A stretch of 64,000 bases of DNA from Octopus sinensis. Taxonomy: Eukaryota. The notes under the pieces are model-generated. The model worked only from the letters and a program-made list of their open reading frames with translations, was not told where the DNA came from and ran no database searches. The DNA lies in NCBI RefSeq assembly GCF_006345805.1, contig NC_043020.1:30876001-30940000 (forward strand), given 5' to 3'. Position 1 is the first letter of the stretch. Each line of letters begins with the position of its first letter. The position numbers were made by a program, and so were the translations under genes. Of the stretch, positions 52,160 to 62,808 are shown piece after piece.

Positions 52160-52544
52160 TAAAGGAATTTTATTAACATCTTCGTGCAACTCCATTTATT
52201 TATTCATCTATAACACACAAATTACTGCACATTAACCCAGAGTTTCTATCTTTGGATAGGTCGCTTCAACCGTGTTTCTGACGTGAATTTGCTACCCTGG
52301 TAACGGTTCATTGAATTTTCCATGTTAACGGTTAACATAGGATAATTCGTTCACCCATATATATATATATACACACACCTTCTTTCAGTTTCCATTTGCC
52401 AAATCCACTCATAAGCCTTTAGTCAGCCCAAGTTGACATGCAGTGGAACTGAACCCAGAAGCATGTAGTCAGAAAGTAATCTTCTTACCACATACTGACA
52501 CCTGTAAAATGACAAAGCTATTTTACTAAACTTTTCATTTTCTA

Positions 52545-52950
52545 ACAGAACTAGAGGAGAAGTTTCAAGTGTGAAAACAAGGATTAGAATCGAAGGGCCT
52601 TAGAGTCAACCTAGCTAAAACCAAAGTCCTAATATGTAGGAAGGCAGGCAAACCACAAATCGCTTCAGGTAGATGGCCCTGCTCAATCTGTAGAAAAGGT
52701 GTAGGTAGAAACTCTATAAGATGTACCCAGTGTAAGCTATGGACACATAAGAGGTGCAGCAATATCAAAGGAAGGCTAACTGGGAGGATAGTTTTCATAT
52801 GTGGCAGATGCTCAGGAGCTATATATAACACTGAAAATGTGCAGAGAACAACTCCCACCATGTTCCAGGGAGAAAAACTAGAAGTAGTTCATAGCTTCCG
52901 TTACCTAGGTGACCAAATCAGTAGCGGAGGAGGGTGTACTGAAAATGTAC
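52545..52950 (+). repeat. Inverted duplication of part of the same RTE copy
   Basis: Reverse complement of about 53071-53560, sharing private variants such as GTGTGAAAACAAGG. Confidence 0.85.
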
Positions 52951-55900
52951 ACATGGCTGTTCGTACACATGCATCGTACAGTCTACCTTTTACTCTGAGT
53001 GAGAGGCCCTTTGTCACCAGCAGAGGTAAGAGCTCTCTGAACTTAGCCCAGGCTATTCTTGTTCTAGCATCTACATTTTCAGTACACCCTCCTCCGCTAC
53101 TGACTTGGTCACCTAGATAATGGAAGCTATGAACTACTTCTAGTTTTTCTCCCTAGAATGTGGCGGAAGTTGGTCTCTGTGCATTTTCAGTGTTTATTGC
53201 TCCCGAGCATCTGCCACATACAAAAACTATCTTCCCAGTTAGCCTTCCTTTGATATTACTGCACCTCTTATGTGTCCATAGCTTACACTGGGTACATCTT
53301 ATAGAGTTTCTACCTACGCCTCTACTACAGATCGAGCAGGGCCATCTACTTTTTACTCTGAGCGAGAGGCCCTTTGTCACCAGCAGAGATAAGAGCTCTC
53401 TGAACTCTGCCCAAGCTATTCTTATTCTAGCAGCTACACTGAAGGGATCTGTGGTTTGCCTGCCTTCCTACTTATTAGGACTTAGGTTTTAGCTAGGTTG
53501 ATTCTAAGGCCCTTCGATTCTAATCCTTGTTTTCACACTTGAAACTTCTCCTCTAGTTTGATAGCGACTCAGTGATTAGAGCAAGGTCATCAGCATAGAG
53601 GAGCTCACAGGGGCATCCTGTCTTGAATTCCTCTGTTATTGCCTGGAGGACTACGATAAATAGGAGTGGGCTGAGGACTGAACACTGGTGGACCCCTACC
53701 TCTACCTTGAATTCTTCAGTGTACTTCTTGCCAACCCTTACCTTACTTACAGCGTCCCTGTACATGGCTTGCACAGCTCTCACTAACCATTCATCTATCC
53801 CTAGCTTCCTCATTGACCACCAGATAAGGGATCGGGGGACCCTGTCAAAGGCTTTCTCCATGTCAATGAAAGCCAGGTACAGGAGCTTATCTTTGGCTAG
53901 GTATTTCTCCTGCAGCTGTCTTAACAGAAATATGGCATCAGTGGTGCTTTTCCCTGGCACGAAACCAAACTGCATCTCATCCAAGTTGACTCTCTCCCTA
54001 ATCAGTTGGACTATGACCCTTTCCATAACCTTCATTACTTGATCCAACAGCTTGATACCTCTGTAATTATTTGTATCTAGGGCGTCACCTTTACCTTTGT
54101 AGCAGTTGACTATTATGCTGCTACACCAGTCATTGTGTATGACTCCTTCGTGTATCACCTGGTTAACTATACGGGTGACTAGGCTAAAGCCGACTGCCAG
54201 ATATTTTGAGCATCTCTGCAGTAATTCCTGATGGACCTGGAGCTTTCCGTCTTCATGCTTCTAATTGCCTTAACTACCAAGGAACTGTCAACTCGGATAG
54301 CTGGTCCCTCTGTTGGGTCAACATTCGGCAGACTCTCTTTCTCCCATTCATTTTCTTTATTCAGCAACCTTTCATAGTGGCGTCTCCAAACCACTCTCTT
54401 TGCAATCTCATTTAGTGCAAGTGAACCATCATCCATATGAACACATTTCTCTCCTAACACATCACGATTCTCTCTCACACACTGTCTTGCAACACGAAAT
54501 ACCTCAAGTCTTTTGTCCTCACGGTGCAGAACATTGGCAAATTTTTTCTTATCTGCTTACCCTCTGGCTAAATAAACCTGCCTCCTAGCATCCCTTCTGG
54601 CAGTCTGATACACTTCCCTGCTACCACCGTTCTTCCAGTCCTTCCAAGCCTGTTTCTTTTGTCTAATAGCCCTGTCAACAATATTGTTCCACCACCACGT
54701 TATTTTGGATCTAGAGGGGACTTTGCACCATCCACAGATCTGGTCAGTGGCCCTTAGCAGGTTGTCCCATAGGAACCTCCAGTTGTCTTCTATCCCATGT
54801 GAAGCTATATCCCTTTCTATTTCATCAAAAGCTTTGAGTAATATGTCTCTAAATCTCCGTCCATTTGTGGGATCTTAAGTCTCCAGACCCTTCTCCTTGC
54901 TGGTCGTCTTCTGGGCATCCATTTAGCCCTTACCCAGAAGTCACTAACTACCAGTCTATATAGTGGGGTACATTCTTCACCTGGGAAGGTTTTGGCATTT
55001 ATAAGCAGCCATCTTTCCCTTTTTCTGGTGAGGATGTAGTCAATCTGACTAGTGTGTCTGCCGGAGCGGTAGGTGACTGGCAGGTTTTCTGAAGTTAGTA
55101 TTGCAAACCATGAGATCGTTTGCATCACAGTACTCCAGCAGTCTGGTTCCCTCCTCATTGCAAGAGCCAAAACCATAGCCTCCATGTATGCCATGGAAAC
55201 CCCTGACATGCTGTCCAACATGTCCATTGAAATCAACAGCCACAAAGAGAAGGTCCCTGTCATTCGTCAACGCGGTAGTCTGCAAGAGGGTGTCATAGAA
55301 TCGGTCTTTCTGTCCATCAGGTAGCCCTGGCTGAGGGGCATAGGCTGAGATAATGGTTGCTAACCCATGGTGGAGCACTAATCTAATCTTAAGTATTCTG
55401 TCGCATACTCTGACTACCACAATTACCTTATCTACCCATTTCTGCACAAGAAGTATACCCACACCCCCAACCCCGTCAGCGTTCCCTGCCCAGAAAATCT
55501 TGTACCAGTGTTCTTTGCCTGTGAGGAACCTAGCAGAACCTCCTCTCCACCTAACTTCTTGGATGCAGCACATATCAACACATCTCTGTTCAAGCATCTC
55601 AACAATCTCACCAGACCTACTTTCAGTGTGCCCATGTTGTGAGTGCCAACCCTGAGGGTGTGGAAGGTATGGGACCTTGAGACCCTGGGGCAGGGGACAG
55701 TGGTGTCATGTACCTTAAAAGAGAGCTCACATTTGGCAGGATTCATAGACAAAACAACAATAGACTTAAGTTCAAACCGCGTACACCACACTATCATATT
55801 TTGCATTGTATGATCACTACCTTGTATAGCAGGGTGTGGGGGTGGCGTAAGCCTTTAGAAGTGTTCATGGGAGACAATCAAGGATGACAAAATTGGGACT

Positions 55901-56401
55901 TCCGGTACAGGTGGAGTGGACGGGAGTACCGTGAAAACTAGCAGCCATGAAGGGGCGCATCTCTTGGGGAAGGTATTTTATCGTTGTAGGTATTAAGAGA
56001 CATAATTGAGAGAGAGATAGTTAATTTAACGGGACAGCAAATGTTGATAATAGTAAATAGAATTTAAGAATCTGATAGCCAGTCTAAGATGAAATTGGAG
56101 ACTAAATGTCTGTGTGATGGACTTTCATGAATGAGGGAATATGTTGCAGATTTAGGGGAAATGCATGAGCTAAATTTATCTTAGACATCGATAAGTAAGA
56201 AGGAACTATAGAGTTATATATTTAACATGAAGGCATGAAGCTGAAATAGATGGAGTAAAACAGAATAGAGATAAACTAATGAGGGTTAATCAATTGCGCA
56301 CAAATAGTACAAGGTAGTTAAATGGGTTGAATTTAAAGGAATGCTCTACACTTAAATGGAATCAATTGTACTGTCCTTCTCTGGTTTCTGATGACTGCAA
56401 C

Positions 56402-56571
56402 CTACACACACAACCTTTGGTTGCTTTGATGTGGCAGAGTGCAATGTGGTATTCTGCTGAACAATGTTATAGGTTCAAGTGAGCTCTCTAATGACAGCTG
56501 ACTGCTTTGCTCTCCAACGGGTCTTACTTCAAAAGCCTTAACCACATCAAATCTGGGGCTAGGCTTCACAT
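56402..56571 (-). other. Candidate host exon (unique sequence)
   Basis: TTTTATTCTGACATTTCAG acceptor followed by the open frame DVKPSPRFDVVKAFEVRPVGEQSSQLSLESSLEPITLFSRIPHC...; no homology recognised. Confidence 0.3.
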
Positions 56572-56800
56572 CTGAAATGTCAGAATAAAATGCTAAAAAG
56601 GCTTCACCCCACACAAGAGGAACTCACTCATATTTCCAGGAAGAAATTAAACCAAATTTAATGGAATATCATTGCAATTCTTTCTACCCGCAGCTGTGAT
56701 GGCTGTTAATGTAACTCGCATAAAACTAAATCCACTTTTCTAACTATTTGTCATTCATATTCATTCTACACTCTGTATGTGTGTGTGTGTGTGTGTTATA

Positions 56801-57172
56801 TTCTTTTACTTGTTTCAGTCATTTGATTGCAGCCGTGCTGGAGTACCGCCTTTAGTTGAGCAAATTGACCCCAGAACTTATACTTTATAAACCTAGTACT
56901 TATTCTATTGATCTTTTTTGCCAAACCACTAAGTTACAGGGATGTAAACACACACAACGTTGGGGGGACAAACACAGACACAAACACACATATATATATA
57001 CATATATACGATGGGCTTCTTTCAGTTTCCGTCTACCAAGTCCACTCACAAGGCTTTGGTCAGCCCAAGACTATAGTAGAAGATACTTGCCCAAGGTGCC
57101 ATGCAGTGGGACTGAACCCGGAACCATGTGGTTGGTAAGAAAAGCTACTTACCACACAGCCACTCCTGCACC
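56801..57172 (-). mobile_element. Full-length SINE family A
   Basis: Head GGTGCAGGAGTGGCTGTGTGGTAAG, B-box GGGTTCAGTCCC, CORE-like block, central TA tract, 3' CTGAAACAAGTAAAAGAA. Confidence 0.88.
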
Positions 57173-58490
57173 TATATACATTATGCTAACAAATGTATGT
57201 ACACCTGAGCAAGTATCATGCAATCAGTGTTGCTAACCAAATTTGTTTAAATCTGGCAAATGGCTTGCAGATCCATAGTAATTATTAGACCAGTTAGTAT
57301 TACATTAACAAGACAGCATCTTTTTGGAATAAAAATTATTTGCAATATCTATATTTATAATTCCATTCCACAATTATATGTAATTTTCAGTTTTATATGC
57401 ACTCAAATTTTTTAATATACATTTTTTCCCCTCCATTTGTATGTGTGTGTTTGAGGGTGAGATGGGCAAACATTCATACATGTTTCAGCACAAAAACTTT
57501 AAAATTGTCATTCAATTTGTTGATGAAATCCTGACTCAGGATTAAAATTAGTCCACCTGAGCTGTCTTGATATTATTAAACATATAATTCATAAAGACAT
57601 GGTGATGTTTACATCTGTCTATACATACAGCATTGACTAAAACCTGTAAGCCATAGTGCAATATGGCACTAAAACCACATCCTAAATATATCAGTGTTTT
57701 ATTGCATTTCATTGCATAAATGATACACAGCATATTAGATGCACTTTAATTTCAAAAGCGCATATTCAGCACAAAAGCTTTTAGTATATTAAAACTTAGG
57801 GAGACCCAACTTTGCATATGGGTCCAGGATTGATCTTTTGAGACATTTTTGGGGAAAGTTTCAGCTGTTGCAAATTGTACTGGCTGCTGGGGTAGTGCCA
57901 TGACAGTCACAAGTCAACCAAGGATGGGGAGAAATTCAGTGGGTCAATGCTCGGCAGGAGGGGGAGAGAGAGAGAAAGAGAGTGGGAGAGAGAGAGTCAG
58001 ACAGACAGGCAGGAAGTAAGTAGTTAGTGCAGGTTTTAAGGTGAAGTGGAGTGTGTTGGTGTAGGCTAGGGCAGGGGAAGAACACTACTAGCTTGTTCAA
58101 AAACTCAAAAGCCATTATTTAAAAAATACAACATGAATATATAACAGACAAGTTGTTATTTCAGAGACATGTTCAATGCAAATACTGGGACAGGTAATAT
58201 AGCAGATTAACAAAAGATTTTATTCAGTCAGCTCATTTCTGCTTGCATTTCAAACACAGCTTTTACCAATAACAAAAGAAAGGCTATTATAAGCAATGTG
58301 TGTGTGTGTGTGTGTATATATATATACTTATATTTGTAAAGCAGTAGAATTGGAGCAGTGGATAGTGAAAGAATTGTAACATCAGCTTGTAGAAAAGTGA
58401 TGAGAATAAATATAGTTATTTAGTTCCAGGTTAGCACCATTCCAACACACCTATAATCAAAACTGTTCTCTTTTCTGATTTTTTTTTTTT

Positions 58491-60847
58491 AGAGAGAATC
58501 GTGATGTGGTAGGAGAGAAATGTGTTCGCATGGATGATGGTTCACTTGCGCTAAATGTGACTGCAAAGAGAGAGGTTTGAAGACGCCACTATGAAAAAGT
58601 TGCTGAATAAAGAAAATGAATGGGAGAAAGGGAGTCTGCCGAATGTCGACCCAACTGAGGGACCAGCTATCCGAGTTGACAGTACCTTGGTAGATAAAGT
58701 AATTAGAAGTATGAAGACAGGAAAAGCCCCAGGCCCATCAGGAATTACTGCAGAGATGCTCAAAATATCTGGCGGTGTTGGCTATAGCCTAGTCACCCAT
58801 ATAGTTAACCAGTTGATACACGAAGGAGTCATACCCAATGACTGGTGTAGCAGCATAATAGTCAACTGCTACAAAGGTAAAGGTGACGCCCTAGATACAA
58901 ATAATTACAGAGGTATCAAACTGTTGGATCAGGTAATGAAGGTTACGGAGTGGGTCATAGCCCAACTAATTAGAGAGAGAGTTAGTTTAGATGAGATGCA
59001 GTTTGGATTCGTGCCAGGGAAAAGCACCACTGATGCCATATTCCTGGTAAGACAGCTGCAGGAGAAATATCTAGCCAAAGATAAGCCCCTGTACCTGGCT
59101 TTTGTTGACATGGAGAAAGCCTTCGACGGGGTCCCCTGATCCCTCATCTGGTGGTCAATGAGGAAACTAGGGATAGATGAATGGTTAGTGAGAACTGTGC
59201 GAGCCATGTACAGGGACGCTGCTAGTATGGTGAGGGTTGGCAACAAGTACAGTGAAGAATTCCGGGTAGAGGTAGGAGTTCACCAGGGTTCAGTCCTCAG
59301 CCCACTCCTATTTATCGTAGTCCTCCAGGCAATAACAGAGGAATTCAAGACAGGATGCCCCTGGGAGCTCCTCTATGCTGATGACCTTTCTCTAATTGCT
59401 GAGTCACTATCAGAACTGGAAGAGAAGTTTCAGGTGTGGAAGCAAGGATTAGAATCGAAAGGCCTTAGAGTCAACCTAGCTAAAACCAAAGTCCTAATAA
59501 GTAGGAAGGTAGACAAGTTACAAACGCTTTCAGGTAGATGGCCTTGCTCGATCTGTAGGAAAGGCGTAGGTAGAAACTCAATAAGATGCACCAAGTGTAA
59601 GCTATGGACACATAAGAGGTGCAGCAACGTCAAGGGAAGGCTAACTAGGAAGATAGTTTTTGTATGTGGCAGATGCTGAGGAGCAATAAGCACTGAAATT
59701 GCGCAGAGAGCAACTTCAGCCACATTCCAGGGAGAAAAACTAGAAATAGTTGATAGCTTCCGTTACCTAGGTGACCAAGTCAGTAGCGGGGGCAGGTGTG
59801 TTGAAAGTGTAACTGCTAGAGTAAGAATAGCTTGGGCAAAGTTCAGAGAGCTCTTACCTCTGCTGGTGACAAAGGGCCTCTCGCACAGATTAAAAGGCAG
59901 ACTGTATGATGCATGTGTACAAACAGCCATGCTACATGGCAGTGAAACATGGGCCGTGACTGCTGAGGATATGCGTAAGCTCGCAAGAAATGAAGCCAGT
60001 ATGCTCCGATGGATGTGTAATGTTAGTGTTCATACTCGACAGAGTGTAAGTACCTTGAGAGAGAAGTTGGACCTAAGAAGCATCAGTTGCGGCATGCAAG
60101 AGAGACGTTTGCGCTGGTATGGCCATGTGGTGAGAATGGATGAAGATAGTTGTGTGAAAAAGTTCCACACCCTAGCTGTTGAGGGAACCTGTGGAAGAGG
60201 CAGACCCAGGAAAACCTGGGATGAGGTGGTGAAGCACGACCTTCGAACTTTAGGTCTCACCGAGGAAATGACTAGAGACCGAGACCTTTGGAAGTATGCT
60301 GTGTGTGAGAAGACACGGCAGGACAAGTGTGACCATAACCCATGGCCTCAGTCCACTTATGCATACCTTTCCTTCTTGGGACACAAAACTCTACTTGTGA
60401 AGACCTGTTGAGGCAAGTGTAAATCAAAATCAAAAATCAAAATCGATCAACATAAATGGAAATTGTAGCTGTGATATCAGTGCCGGTGGCACATAAGAGA
60501 ACCATCCAAACGTGACTGTTGCCAGCGCTGCCCTGACTGGCTTCCGTGCCGGTGGCACGTAAAAAGCACCATCCGATCGTGGCCGTTTGCCAGCCTCACT
60601 TGGCCTCTGTGCCGGGTGGCACGTAAAAAGCACCATCCGATTGTGGCCGTTTGCCAGCCTCGTCTGGCACGTAAAAAGCACCCACTACACTCATGGAGTG
60701 GTTGGCATTAGGAAGGGCATCCAGCCATAGAAACATTGCCAGATCAGACTGGGCCTGGTGCAGCCTTCTGGCTTCCCAGACCCCAGTTGCACCGTCCAAC
60801 CCATGCCAGCATGGAAAACGGACGCTAAACGATGATGATGATGATGA
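58491..60847 (+). mobile_element. 5'-truncated RTE LINE with complete but stop-interrupted RT
   Basis: ORFs 58591-59139, 59158-59679 and 59866-60411 with KAPGPSG, GVHQGSVLSPLLF, LYADD, RRLRWYGHV; 3'UTR repeats; (GAT)n tail. Confidence 0.95.
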
Positions 60848-61288
60848 CTACGACTACATTTACTATATTCTTGTTCTATAGTCCCTGACCAGTAACAATT
60901 TTTAAGTTAGAGTCAGACATGATTTGAAAAAGATTTAACAGGTACTTTTAATGGTTCAAGAGACCATGTTGAAAGTACCCAGTAACATTACCAGGTAGAA
61001 AACATGACCGATGATGATGATGATGATGATGGTTAGCCCTATGTCAACCTGATCATGAAAACCTATGATCAAATGTGCTCCAGTTTGATCATTACTTGAC
61101 TATCACACCAGTGTTGTTCAAGGTATCCTTCTTAATTTAAGACAGTGGGTATAGTTTAAAGGAGTTATTTTGAGCAGGTAGAGTTACCACAATGAGACCC
61201 CAATGGAGATGGTAATACTGATCTGAAATTAACGTTAAAATTGCCATCAATTTTTTTTCCCTTGAGAAATTCTTTGAAAATGTTTTAA

Positions 61289-61501
61289 CCCATTAGCATT
61301 TAAATCAACCATATCCAGCCAAGATACTCTACCAGTTTTCAACTGGTTAGATTCTGATTTCACACCTACTCTACAATGTCATCCTAAACATAAACAGTAA
61401 CAGAATCAAAATCTCAAAACTATGAGATAATGCACAATTAATTCCAAGCAACATAAATAAATAAACATTACATTTGACAAAGTGATCTGAATACTAGAGG
61501 G
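61289..61501 (-). mobile_element. Diverged copy of the 219-bp TTAA MITE
   Basis: TTAA|CCCATTAGCA...TACTAGAGGG|TTAA; colinear with 33905-34123. Confidence 0.8.
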
Positions 61502-61513
61502 TTAAAAGGTTAA

Positions 61514-61682
61514 CCCATTAGCATTCAAATTACTTTGCTGAATGTAATGTTTATTTTTTAACAATTTTTGGAATTAATCAATCATTATCATATAACTTAA
61601 AGATTCCAATGATGTAACTGTTCGCCACTGTAGGGTAGGTGTGAGAGGCTGGATCTGGCAGGCCAATTTAAATGCTAAAAGG
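61514..61682 (+). mobile_element. Second diverged TTAA MITE copy, opposite orientation
   Basis: TTAA|CCCATTAGCA...TGCTAAAAGG|TTAA; contains GTAGGGTAGGTGTGAGAG as in 19078-19296. Confidence 0.78.
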
Positions 61683-62808
61683 TTAAAGTAATAATATCGT
61701 TGCTTTTGCTCAGTCGTTTCTGCTTATTGGACTCAAATCTTTGAGCACATCATCATCTTTGTCATCCGTCCAACCCCAGGACAGTAAAATAGGTGCCAGT
61801 GACAAACATATATAAAGGTGAGAGAGCACATGTGTGTAAATCTATAACACAAACAAACCTGTCTTCTCACACACACACACACACAAAATACTGATATTTA
61901 CTTGTTTTCATTTGCTGATTGGAACAAGCTCATTTACATTGCAGAAGTCTCTGGGGAGGAAGATAAAAAAACATTCCATTTCCTATTACAATTATATACA
62001 TATATGTATTGAATTTATGTTTACACTTTACATTTTTTGCAAGTATAATTCTAGGCTATTTTCTTTCAGCAGTAAGAAGGCAGGTAAGCAATCCCTGATG
62101 TGAAAACCTACTCAGTATGCTCTTCATCCCAGTCTGCTGAAAGTTCTGTGGTTCAAATCACAGGCTCTTATTTCACAACTACACTAAATATAAGTTCGCT
62201 AAACATATGGATATGGCTCCAGATACATATTTATTCACAACCCACACTATACTGATAGTGTACAGGCACCCATACACACTATACAATTTAGGCCATGAAA
62301 TTAAAATCACTATTACAACATCCGTTTATGCATGTTTGCATGGGCTGAACTATATATCTATGAGTACACACAGCCATTTCAAGACTATTACACAGCTATT
62401 ATTAATATCCTAATTAGTATTTCTTCTATACGCCTTCCTAATCACTGTGTTTTAATTGATATTAGTCATGTATTTTTATCTTTTTATTTTTTTAGGCTTC
62501 CTTTTTGTTCTTATTTTCCCCTCCAGTACTGTTGACACAAATCCAAAATGTCAACAAAACTGCTTCTCTTGTTTATTTCCCACCTCTTCTATTGAACTCT
62601 CCCACCCCTTCACACACACACACACACACACCTATTTTCCACATCCCCATACTTCCTTTCTAAGACATGAACATTCTTGAATTCCTCTCCACGGCAGAGT
62701 TCCTGCAAAAGCAGAGAACTGCACCTTCTGACAAAAGGAAGCTGGCATGGAACCTGAAGTAATGGCTACAATGTCACAACAGTCAACTCTTAAATACAGA
62801 CATAGATA

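Larger units (their letters stand above)
51588..52357. mobile_element. Non-coding Penelope-like insertion with inverted terminal duplication
   Basis: Outer arms 51588-51752 and 52037-52205, inner arms 51755-51815 and 51882-51942; each outer arm carries a hammerhead. Confidence 0.8.
50730..55980 (-). mobile_element. Near full-length, rearranged RTE LINE (APE endonuclease and RT), inactive
   Basis: APE motifs CCIQEVRW, SAYAPQ, DFNGHVG, QIDYIL (55000-55650); RT motifs NYRGIKLL, QFGFVPG, DMEKAFDRV, GVHQ, LYADD (53553-54158); 3' end at 50730-51508; stops, frameshifts and insertions. Confidence 0.95.

Noticed and set aside
55800-56000. HDV-like ribozyme in the RTE 5'UTR
   Set aside because: Such ribozymes are known in some RTE elements, but no nested double pseudoknot could be identified by eye
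57552-57683. Minus-strand coding exon candidate
   Set aside because: Weak donor, and phase incompatible with the 56571 candidate
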